The notes under the pieces: generated by a model
Databases searched by the model: none
Told to the model about the DNA's origin: nothing
Seen by the model: the letters and a program-made list of their open reading frames with translations, nothing else
Program-made: the position numbers and the translations under genes
In this document: positions 50,188 to 63,000 of the stretch, one piece after another
Position numbering within the stretch: position 1 is the first letter of the stretch
Layout of the letters: each line of letters opens with the position of its first letter
DNA from: Mytilus californianus
Taxonomy: Eukaryota
Direction: 5' to 3'
Assembly: GCF_021869535.1 (NCBI RefSeq)
Contig: NW_026262723.1
Coordinates: 92,318,001-92,382,000, forward strand
Length of the DNA stretch: 64,000 nt

Positions 50188-53100
50188 ATGTTGGATAAAG
50201 CAGCAGTGACCGAATACGTAAAACTGGTAAGTCATTGTTTACAACTGTCTTCTTCTTTAAGTTTCAAGCGATCCTTCAATTATTGAAGATTATTCGCCGG
50301 GCTGTCCAATAAAAGTAAAAAAAAGAAGAAAAAACACATTTAAAGCCCACTTGTTTTGTGAATTTTTGGACTTTACCCGATTTGGTATTGAATCTGATGT
50401 CAGTTCGAAAGGGTGTCAGTTGCTAGTGCTTAAGTTTAGTACTGCCAATATCTGAACCATGATATATGATCATGATGATTGAATTTTATAAGTGTTCTTC
50501 TACTAAGGTGACAACTCCTGCAGGCACAATTGCCTGTTTTGGGGTTTTGATGGTAAGCCAACTTGTTTTGTAAATTTTGGGATTATGTTAGGTTGTTTTT
50601 GATTTAACGTTACAATTTTGATAGAATTGAGCATTCATAAAAGCACACTGAACAGTTATTTACAAAAAAATTGACACTGGTGCACCGCTAAGTGTTAGTT
50701 AAAAGAGTTAGATGGGATGACTACCGAATGTCATTGTATACATGACCTTGCACCATTAGAAGATGGGGATTTTCAGAGGAATAATCTTGCAGTTGACAAA
50801 GTTTATATATATAAATGTTATGTAGGGTAATAATCTCACTTTTTTGGTGATTCAATCCAGCATTTAATATTCTATGGTAATTTTCTTTGAAGATCATTAT
50901 TTGGTTTCTGTATCCACGTGCTTGAGGCATGGACACATTTTTAAAGTTTTAAGATTTATAGGTAAAAGAAAAATTAAAGTAGAGGGTTTCCATGTCCATT
51001 TTCATAGACATTGTACATTGTAGATATTATTATTGAATTTTGCTTGATCCCTAGGTAAGGTTTCCCATTTGAGATGGGGAAAAAAACCAACCATAGACTT
51101 AAGTGGTACATTTGTAAAGATGAAGGTTTTATGCACATTTAGGATTATAGTCATCAGTTGTTCATATAACCCTGCATCTGTGTTCATCAATGCACAAAGA
51201 AACAATGTAGCATGATTAACATCGTTTAAAGTAATTCCAATAAAATCAGTGATGATAGGGACTTGAAATTCAATGTCAGGTGTGAACTTTTGCTCTGTCA
51301 TGTCTGTGTTCATGACTGTGACTTAGAGATGAAGACCAGCAACAATAGTCAGTCAGGGGTACTACTTGTACAAGTAATTTTTATTTACTTTAAGAAGTAA
51401 ATATAAATATACTTATATAAGTAAATTTGTAGGATACATTGTACTTATACAAGTGTATTTTATTTACTTGTATAGGTAAAAAAAAATTGGGCTTAGTTAT
51501 GTCCCTTAGACATTCAGATTTTTTTACTTATACAAGTAAAAAAGTCATCCTATCTTCTTTTCTTGAATTCTTTGGACTTCTTTGCTCTAATAGAATTTTT
51601 AATTGTCTGTCCTTTGCAGATGTCTTTATTAATCATTTATGTGTAATTTCATGGACAATGAAAATCTCCTTTGTCTGTTATCTTCAGAACACTGCCCATT
51701 TACAAGCCCCCAAGGGGCAATTTTTGAAGGCCTTGCGCAAATACTTAAGATCTTTGCTCAATCAGTTTCTTTGTTGAATTAATGAGAAGAAACATTGAAC
51801 TATAATCAAAAATTATGAGCTAACCTGAGAAAAATTGTTAAAGGCATGTTTTACATCTCAAAACTTGAGAATTTTTGTGGGACTGTAAAAAAAATTACTT
51901 ATACAAGTAAATTTTTGAGAAAATTAAGGGGAGATTATTCAAACATTATAATTAACTTATATAAGTATATTTTATTTACTTCTTCAAGTAAATAAAGATT
52001 ACTTGTACAAGTAGTACCCCTGACTGATAGTACTGTTCCTTGGCTTTAGATTTTGTCGAGTATGTGTAGGGATTTTATATCATGAATTACTTCTTTTCCA
52101 TTCCATTGCATGGGTTGAATAAACACCATATTCCTTCTTTTCAACAAATAAAACATTTTGACAATTTACTTACTCATTGTCCATGTTTCAGTGGCCTGAT
52201 ATTGTCAGAAGGAATATATAGGTTTTCAAAGAAATAAATACCAGATGCTTGTTTGATAAATAAATATGTAAGACTCTAAAGTGCGATGGGGACGCTAAAA
52301 CGCGATGGTCACGCTAAAGTGCGATGGTCTACGCTAAATTGCGATGGTTTGATACTCTAAAGTGCGATGGTCTGGGCTATTCAATGGAATACGCTAAAGT
52401 TTGTTGCCTCAATACGCTAAAGTGCATTTTTCCGCCAAAGTGCGTTTGATCGCAAATGTATGGACGTTAGCAACGTCACATACCGTTTGTACACACAAAA
52501 ATGGACATGCCGGAAAACGAGAATGTTTGTCTATATGAAGGGTTTTTATTAGACAAGAAAAGAAAGAAGAGAGAAACAAATGATTCCAATCCGGATTATT
52601 TTTGGACGGCACTGGAAGAGGTTAACTTTATTTGTAAAAAGAAATTTGATCAAAACCGCTGGAGTTCCAAAAAAAAATTAAAAAAATTTAGAAACTCCTT
52701 CTATGTTTGTAATCCCATGTCATGTACTTGCGTAATTCTAATTGAATTATTCTAAATAAAACATCTTTTTTTACAATATCGTTCGTCATTTCTGTTAAAG
52801 AGATGGATATTCGTTAACTAGACAGTAACCTAACGACTACAGGTGTAGTATCATAATATGATTGCCAATGAGACAACTCTCCATCCAAGACCAAATGTCA
52901 TTAATGTAAACAACTATAGGTTAACTCATGGCCTTTAACAGGAAGCATTGGCTTAAACCTCATATAATTAAAGTATTCTATAAAGATCAAATGGCCTCAA
53001 AACGACCAGTGTAAAACATTTCAAATGAGAAAAAAACTGCCTGATTTCTATACAAAACAATGAACGAAAAACAAATATGGAATAAAGCAACAAACGACTA

Positions 53101-56100
53101 CCACTGAATTACAGGTTCCTGGCATGAGACAAGTTCATAAAGTATATACTAGCTACTGCAATGTAACCATTACACTTTTTATACGACCGCAAAAATTTTG
53201 CAGTCGTATATTGGTATGACGTTGGCGTCGTCGTCGTCGTTGTCATCGTCGTCCGGCGTCGTCCTGTGTCGTCCGAAGACACATTGGTTATCGCACTCTA
53301 ACTTTAGTTTAAGTGAATGGATCTCTATGAAATTTTACCATAAGGTTCAATACCACAAAAGGAAGGTTGGGATTGATTTTGGGGGTTACGGTACCAACAG
53401 TTAAGGAATTAGGGGCCAAAAAGGGGCCAAAAATAAGCATTTTTGTAACTTCCAGACATAACTTGTGTGTTAGTGTATGGATCTCTCTGACATTGTACCA
53501 CAAGGTTCCATATCACAAATGGAATGCTGGGATTGATTTTGGGGGTAATTGCCTTAAAATTTTAGGAATTAGGGGCCAAAAAAGGGGGAAAAAACAAGCA
53601 TTTTTCTAGTTTCATGACAATAACTTGTGTGTAAGTGTTTGGATATTTCTGAAATTGTACTACAAGGTTCCATATTACAAAGGGAAAGCTGGAATTGAGT
53701 TTGGGGGTTATTGCCCGAAACGTTTAGGAATTGGGGGCAAAAAAACACATTTTTCTAGTTTCCAGACAATAACTTGTGTTCAAGTGTATGGATCTCTCTG
53801 AAATTGTACTGCAAGGTACCATACCACAAAGGGAAGGCTGGGATTGAGTTTGGGGGTGATGAATCATAAGGGGGTTCAAAAAATTTGGGGGGGGGGATTT
53901 TTTTTTTCTTTCCTTTTTTTTCTTTTTTTCCTTTTTTTTTTTTTTTAAATTTTCCATTTTAAGTTGGTTATTTCTGATTTATATTTAAAAGCAAATAATA
54001 ATGATATGGTAGGAGATACACACCAAACAGGATGTGTAAATTATTATATAATAAGTATTGTGCAATAGCAAGAAATCTTCAATTGCACAGTATTGCGCAA
54101 TAGCAAGAAATCTTTAATTGCACAGTATTGCGCAATAGCAAGAAATATCCAATAGCACAATATTGCGCAATAGCAAGAAATTGTCAATTGTGCAGTATTG
54201 CACAATAGCAAGAAATATTCAATTGCACAGTATTGTGCAAAAGAAGATACTTCGTATAAATTGCTTATTTCTTGACCAATTTCAATGGGGTTTTATTCTT
54301 GAATTCTTGTTCTTCTTTAATATGCTGAATCTAACCGTGTATTAAGTTTTTGGATTTTGGGCCCCGTTTTTAAATTGGTCCACATTGAGGTCCAAAGGGT
54401 CCAAAATTACCGGTAAACTTTGTTTGATTTCATCAAAAATTGAATTATTGGGGTTCTTTGATATGCCGAATCTAACCGTGTATTTAGATTCTTAATTTTT
54501 GGTTCCGTTTCCAATTTGGTCTACATTAAGGTCCAAAGGGTCCAAAATTAAACTTAATTTGATTTTAACAAAAATTGAATTCTTAGGGTTCTTCGATATG
54601 CTGAATCTAAACATGTATTTAGATTTTATACGCCCGTTTACGGGACGTATTATGGTATACCGTTGTCCGTCTGTCCGTCCGTCCGTCTGTCCGTCCGTCT
54701 GTCCGTCGTCAACATGTCGGACATTAACTCAAAAATGTTTTTACCAATTTGCATAAAACTTTGGTGAATTGTTTATAACTATTGACGTGAGCTCCCTTTC
54801 ATTTTTTATAAAATTTAGATTTTACGTTTCCGAGTTATGGGGTTTTATTCATTAAAAAAAAGGGGGATTTTACAGTTTTTGGACAATAAGTCAAGAATGC
54901 TTTCACCAACTTGCAAGAAATTGTGGTGAATTGTTTATATCTATTGACATGAGCTCCCTTTCGATTTTTATAAATTTAAGATTTTACGTTTCTGAGTTGC
55001 AGGGTTTTATTCATAAAAAAGGGGGGATTTTCCAGTTTTCGGACAAAAACTCAAAAATGCTTTCAGCAATTCTTATGAAACTTTGGTGAATTGTTTGTAT
55101 GTATTGATGTAAGCTCCCTTTAGAGTTTTATAAATTTTACATTTTACATTTCTGAGTTATGGGGTTTTATTCATTAAAAAAAGTGGTGATTTTCCAGTTT
55201 TCAGACAATAACTCAAAAATGCTGTCACCAATTCTCATGAAACTTTGGTGAATTGTTTATATCTATTGATGTAAGCTCCCTTTTTATTTTCATAAATTTC
55301 TATTATGACATTGAGAATTAATTGAACTTTATTTGTTTATAGTCTGACAACAGATTTACTAAGTATTGCACAACAGCCAGAAATCTTTAATTGAATATAA
55401 ATTCAATTCATATAACCTATTTCAAGTTCTTTGACTACATTTATTCAGAAACCTATAATATGTCAAATATTTAATTACAATCCAAATTCAGACCTGAATC
55501 AAGCTTGAATATTGTGTCCATTTTTGCCCCAACTGTTCAGGGTTGGACCTCTGCGGGCGTATCTAGCTGCGCTCAGCGAAGCAGTTTATTGATTATGGGC
55601 CCAGTTTTCAAGTTGGTCCAAATCAGGGTCAAAATTTAACTTTGTTTGATTTCAACAAAAATTGAATATATGGGGTTCTTTGATATGCTGAATCTAACCA
55701 TGTATTTAGATTTTTGATTTTTGGGCCCCGTTATCAACTTTGTCGACATTGAGGTCAAAAGGGTCAAAAATTAAACTTTGATTTCATCAAAAATTGAATT
55801 CTTGGGGTTCTTTGATATGCTAAATCTAACCATGTATTTAGATTTTGGATATTGGACCATAATAGGTGAATGTCCAATTTAAAATTTTTAAGTTCTTAGA
55901 CCACATTCATTCTGTGTCAGAAACCTATGCTGTGTCAAATATTTAATCACAATCCAAATTCAGAGCTGTATCAAGCTTGAATGTTGTGTCCATACTTGCC
56001 CCAACTGTTCAGGGTTCGACCTCTGCGGTCGTATCAAGCTGCGCCCTGCGGAGCATTTTATTAAATAACTATCGTCATTTAAATAAAAATAAGAGAATGT

Positions 56101-59100
56101 GGTATTGTCAATGATACAACTATCCACCCAAGACCAAATGTCGGTGATGTATGCAACTAATAAACGTACAGCCTTTAAAGTGGAGCCTTGGTCCACGCTG
56201 CATAGCAAGCTATATATGGCCACACAATAAACAATGTAAAACAATTCAAAAGAGAATGACAACAGCTTGAATTGAAAAGAAAACAATAACCGAAAAACTA
56301 CTAGGAACACAGCAACAAACGAAAACCATTGCCTGAACCCCAATCCCGTTACACCATCGAACTGTGACTTTAGCGTGTTATACCATCGCACTTTGGCGTG
56401 TTATACCATAGCACTTTAGCGTGTCATATAATCGCATTAAAAAAAATAAAGAACAATCGCACTTTAGCGTTTGACACCATCACACTTTAGCGTTTGACAC
56501 CATCACACTTTAGCGTAGACCATTGCACTTTAGCGTGACCATCACACTTTAGAGTACCATCGCACTTTAGAGTCCTACAAATATACACCATATAATGAAG
56601 ACGGCGATGTTCTTGTTAGGATTATTTAGATGCAAAATTTCTCGGAACCGACAATTGTTTTAAATAGATTCTAACGTATATATAAATATTGTTTGTAATT
56701 GTACTTATTTTGTAGGTTATAGAAGATGAAGTAGAAAGAGGAACAGATGACCAATTTTTATGTGACAGTGATTTAAACACTTTACTGGTGGATGATAAAA
56801 GCAGCTTAAAACCAAGGGAGACAATTGTTGGTTACCCTACTTACCCATTATACAGAGAAATAGGAAATATGCTTTATCAGTGGTTAGAAAACAAGTATGA
56901 ACATAATATATAATTTGTTAGTTCGTATTAATTGCTTGTGATGAAAATATTAATTCTTTTTAGAGTTTGTACAATTATATCTCTCATATCAAACAGATAA
57001 ATGATGCAATATTATCAGATTGCGTACATTGTATATAGAATTATGAAATACAAATAAAATTTCAGATAAATATTATTTTTAATATGGTACTATTAGAACT
57101 GATTGATTGATTAATGTTTGCTAACTTATGCTGCATCAGCACTAAAAGGCTATATCAGGGCGTGCTTGAGATTTATGATTGCAGTTATTGTTAATTAGAT
57201 ACAGATCTCTCAATGTTAGAAAAATTCAGACTGATACACAATTTTATATTTGCATGTACATCATTTAGCAGGTCTGAATACAATACTCAAAATCAGGTCT
57301 TGTAAAAGTCTATTCACTACTTACACAGTACTTCAAAAATGCTAAAATAGTACCAATAAAATAATTATTAATATTTATAAGGTATGAAAATAAAACATAA
57401 AGTAAAAATCAACAAAACCCCTTATAAACAACTGGATTTTTGTTGTTTTTGAAAAAAGTAAATCAACAGTCTAATATAAATACAGATCCCGTGTCCATGC
57501 TTTGTTCTATTTACTTGTCGTAAAATTAGTACGCAAACAAGTGAAATATTATTATATATGTCTGCCTTATATTTTTTTAATGTGTACATCACCACAATAA
57601 AAACCAATGATCCTGGTGAAACAACATAAATTAATAATATTAGAAATATATAATATACAATACTTATTCATCTGAATGTTATGATTACAGAGAATGTCCA
57701 GTTGTAGATCTACCTAAGTATGATTTGTTGGATGAGAAAGTGTATGTGGAATCAAGGTAAGTTTTTGCTGTATCTACATCAAAGAAAGACTTAATTGGCA
57801 TGAAGGGGGTAGGTGTGTGCCAAAATACATAAATTAAAATTGAATTTCCCCATGATTAAAAAATATGTTTTATCTTTTGAAAAAAGCAAATAATATTGTG
57901 TGCTATGAATTTAGAATTACAGTCTTCAGTCATGGAAGCATGTGAAAAAAAAAGTAGTTGATACTTTGAAAATATCCCTGTACCACCTCAATCAAATGTC
58001 AACCCACTGACCAATGTCAGCCAAGAGGATATGTTTTGTGTACCACCTGAATCAAAACAACCCACTGACCGATGTCAGCCAAAAGGATATATTTTGTGTA
58101 CCACCTGAATCAAATGTCAACCCACTGACTGATGTCAGCCAAGAGGATATGTTTTGTGTACCACCTGAATCAAATGTCAACCCACTGACCGATGTCAGCC
58201 AAAAGGATATATTTTGTGTACCACCTGAATCAAATGTCAACCCACTGACTGATGTCAGCCAAGAGGATATATTTTGTGTACCACCTGAATCAAATGTTAA
58301 CCCACTGACCAATGTCAGCCAAAAGGATATGTTTTGTGTACCACCTGAATCAAATGTCAACCCACTGACTGATTTCAGCCAAGAGGATATGTTATGCATA
58401 CCACCTGAATCCAATGTCAACCCACTGACGGATGTCAGCCAAAAGGATATATTTTGTGTACCACCTGAATCAAATGTCAATTCACTGACTGATGTCAGCC
58501 AAGAGGATATATTTTGTGTACCACCTGAATCAAATGTTAACCCACTGACCAATGTCAGCCAAAAGGATATGTTTTGTGTAACACCTGAATCAAATGTCAA
58601 CCCACTGACTAATTTCAGCCAAGAGAATATGTTATGCATACCACCTGAATCCAATGTCAACCCACTGACTGATGTCAGCTAAGAGGATATATTTTGCATT
58701 TGAAAATGATTATGTACTAACTGTTGTACATGAAATGGATAAATTTGAATATAAGAGACAGCTGTTTACAAAAAGGAAATTGAAAACACAAAAATCATCA
58801 AAAGAAAAGACAAAATATATTTAAGTTGATTACATATTACTAATTTTCTCATTAGTCCATACCAAAAACAAGATCTCCACAAATAAATGTACATTCACAG
58901 TACCTTGTATATGTATGTCATGTGCATATGAACCAGTTTTTAGTATTTTAATTTAGAGATTGATGGTTATATTGGTAGTTGAAATAAGGTTTTATAATAA
59001 GTATTTTCCAAATCTGATTATTACCAAAAGTTAATCGGATAAAAAGATTAAAACACAAATGTGTATTTTGTTTTACAGGACAGCAACATTTGCCACCATT

Positions 59101-60006
59101 ACACCATTGTTGGATGGTATGACTTCACTGTGGGATCACTGGGGTGAGGAGGAAAGGAAATACAGAATCAGATATATTTTGACAGTAAGCCTTTATAATT
59201 TAAACTTTTTAAAGAATGATAAAGCTGAGCAAAAATAAAGGTCACTAAGATTTTTTTCTATTTTTACAATTTTTTATTAACTGTGTATTGTATTAGTGTT
59301 AAATTTCAATGTAATTGTAAAATAAGGAATTGATTTGACACTATGAAGTTAGAAGAATTATCTTGGTCACACTAGTGAGGTTTCTTATCCTTTAATGAAT
59401 AATCCATAGGAAAAAGCATCCTCCCTAGCCAAATATTACAATCTGGCCCCCTCCGTTAGCAAAGATAAGGTATTTAGTATAAATAAAGTGTATTCCTTTT
59501 AAGAAGGTTTGAAAAAGACCAGAATTATTAATTTGTTTACAATCAGCAATTAAAAGGGTGGTTAGGGGTTAAAGTAAATGTTCATGCAGTTGGGTAATTT
59601 GCTAATTCTTTTTAATTCTGAGATAATTATTTTAAATGATAAATAAGAGATGCAAGTTTGAGTGTTCTATATAGAGACTGTTCTGATTATTATTCATAAA
59701 TTTATTCATGAAAACTGATAAAACAATGACTTTAGGATTTATAATATTGACTTTTTGTTTACCATGGTTTAGTACATTGTATCTGGATCAAAACTTTAGA
59801 TTCTTCGAAAGGTATTAATGATACTTGGTATTACTGTTGCCAACTGAAGAATGCTTGATGTAGATTGCTTTATTTATTATTCCCTTGAAACTTTGAAATA
59901 CTAAATGTTTTCAAAATTAATCAACTTTTACTCTACACGATAAAAACATAGTATATTTTTATACGACCGCAAAAAAATTTTGTGGTCGTATATTGGTATG
60001 ACGTTG

Positions 60007-60047
<41 letters not shown>

Positions 60048-63000
60048 CGGCGTCGTCGTCGTCCGGCGTCGTCGTCCGAATACATATTGGTTTTCGCACT
60101 CTAACTTTAGTTTAAGTGAATGGATCTTTTTGAAATTTGACCATAAGGTTAAATACCACAAAAGGAAGGTTGGGATTGATTTTGGGGGTTATGGTACCAA
60201 CAGTTAGGGAATTAGGGGCCAAAAAGGGGCCAGAAATGAGCATTTTCTAGTTTCCAGACAATAACTGTGGAACGGTGTATGGATCTCTCTGAAATTATAC
60301 TACAAGTTTCCATACCACAAAGGGATGGTTAGGATTTGCTTTGGGGGGTTATGGCTCAAACCGTTTAGGAATTAGGGGCAAAAAAGGGGGAAAAACATGG
60401 TTGTCCTGGTTAATGGACAAATACTTTAGTACAAAACATAATTTAAAGCAGTGTAAGGGAGATAAATCAAATACATCATTGAAATTATCTCCCTTACACT
60501 GCTTTTAAATTATGTATAAAGTAATGGTTAATGAACAATAAAGATAATCTAAAACAGTGTAAGGGAGGTAATCCAAATACAACGTTTTGGTTACTTCCCT
60601 GACACTGCTTTTAAATTATGTTTAAAGAAGTGCATATTTATAAAGGAAGACCAGTAAAAATATCTGCAAATGTTTTCATCTTTTTTTTTTACAAAAAAAT
60701 CCATATGAAAGATTTGACACTATATTTTTATTAATTCTATTATAAAATAGATTAAGTTAGCACTATGGTAAATTTAAATGGGTAATTATGGTTGCCAACT
60801 CCATTGGAAATTTGAATTGAGATTGTGACCATATCTTGAGGGAAAGAATTTTTTTGGGGGAAAAAGGGGGGGGGGGGGGATAAAAAGAAATTGTGGGGGG
60901 CCAATTTTTTCTCATTTCAGATTTCAGAAATTAAAAAGAATTATTCTTCAAATATTATTTTTTTTTCAAATTTCAAATATTGAAAAATTTCAAGAAGTAA
61001 TCTTTAATTGCACAGTATGGCGCATTAGATTTGTAAAATCTTTGATCACATTTATTTATTTGTTATGCCGAATCTAACAGTGTATTTAGATTTTTAATTT
61101 TGGGTCCAGTTTTCAAATTGGTCTACATTAATGTCCAAAGGGTCCAAAATTAAACTTTGTTTGATTTTAGCAAAAATTGAATATATGAGGTTCTTTGATA
61201 TGCTGAATCTAAACATGTATTTAGATTTTTGATTTTTGGCCCAGTTTTCAAGTTGGTCCAAATTGGGGTCCAAAATTAAACTTTGTTTGATTTCAACAAA
61301 AATTGAATATACGGGGTTCTTTGATATGCTGAATCTAACCATGTATTTAGATTTTTTATTTGTGGACCCCGTTATCTAATTGGTTCATATTGAGGTCAAA
61401 AGGGTCCAAAATTAAACTTTGTTTGATTTCATCTAAAATTGAATTCTTGGGGTTCTTTGATTTGCTGAATCTAAAGATGTGTTTAGATTTTTGATTATGG
61501 GCCCAGTTTTCAAGTTGGTCCAAGATAGGGTCCAGTATTTAAACTTTGTTTGATTTCAACAAAAATTGAATATATGGGGTTCTTTGATATGCTGAATCTA
61601 AACATGTATTTAGATTTTTGATTATGGGCCCAGTTTTCAAGTTGGTCCAAATTGGGGTCCAAAATTAAACTTTGTTTGATTTCAACAAAAATTGAATATA
61701 TGAGGTTCTTTGATATGCTGAATCTAACCATGTATTTAGATTTTTTATTTGTAGGCCCCGCTATCAAATTGGTTCATATTGAGGTCAAAAGGGTCCAAAA
61801 TTAAACTTTGTTTGATTTCATCGAAAATTGAATTATTGGGGTTCTTTGATATGCCAAATCTAACCGTGTTTTTAGATTTTTAATTTGGGTCCCGTTTTTT
61901 AAATTGGTCTTCATTGAGGTCCAAAGGGTCCAAAATTAAACTTAGTTTGATTTTAACAAAAATTGAATTCTTGGGGTTCTTTGATATGCTGAATCTAAAC
62001 ATGTGTTTAGATTTTTGATTATGTGCCCAGTTTTCAAGTTGGTCCAAGTTGGGGTCCAAAATTAAACTTTTTTTGATTTCAACAAAAATTGAATATATGG
62101 GGTTCTTTGATATGCTGAATCTAACCATGTATTTAGATTTTTTATTTGTGGACCCCGTTATCTAATTGGTTCATATTGAGGTCAAAAGGGTCCAAAATTA
62201 AACTTTGTTTGATTTCATCGAAAATTGAATTATTGGGGTTCTTTGATATGCCAAATCTAACCGTGTTTTTAGATTTTTAATTTGGGTCCCATTTTTTAAT
62301 TGGTCTTCATTTTGGTCCAAAGGGTCCAAAATTAAACTTAGTTTGATTTTAACAAAAATTGAATTCTTGGGGTTCTTTGATATGCTGAATCTAAACATGT
62401 GTTTAGATTTTTGATTATGGGCCCAGTTTTCAAGTTGGTCCAAGTTGGGGTCCAAAATTAAACTTTTTTTGATTTCAACAAAAATTGAATATATGGGGTT
62501 CTTTGATATGCTGAATCTAACCATGAATTTAGATTTTTTATTTGTGGGCCCCGCTATCAAATTGGTTCATATTGAGGTCAAAAGGGTCCAAAATTAAACT
62601 TTGTTTGATTTCATCAAAAATTGAATTATTGGGGTTCTTTGATATTCCAAATATAACCGTGTATTTAGATTTTTAATTTTAAGTCCCGTTTTTTAAATTG
62701 GTCTACATTAAGGTCCAAAGGGTCCAAAATTAAACTTGGTTTGATTTTAGCAAAAATTGAATTCTTGGGGTTCTTTGATATGCTGAATCTAAACATGTGT
62801 TTAGATTTTTGATTATGGGCCCAGTTTTCAAGTTTGTCCATGTTGGGGTCCAAAATTAAACTTTGTTTGATTTTAACAAAAATTGAATATATGGGGTTCT
62901 TTGATATGCTGAATCTAACCATGTATTTTGATTTTGGACATTGGACCATAATAGGTAAATTAAAAAAATTCAAGTTCTTAGACCACATTCTTTCTGTGTC

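Larger units (their letters stand above)
52267..56579. mobile_element. Non-autonomous long-TIR DNA transposon (TGT...ACA, 4-bp TSD AATA; Ginger-like) containing nested elements
   Basis: Left TGTAAGACTCTAAAGTGCGATGG... and right reverse complement TGTAGGACTCTAAAGTGCGATGG... match over ~80 bp and are built of ~20-bp CGCTAAAGTGCGATGGT subrepeats; AATA at 52263-52266 and 56580-56583. Confidence 0.8.

Noticed and set aside
51002-51313. 103-aa minus-strand ORF, possibly a retroelement relic
   Set aside because: No motif I can assign with confidence; a tblastn/HHpred hit would be needed.
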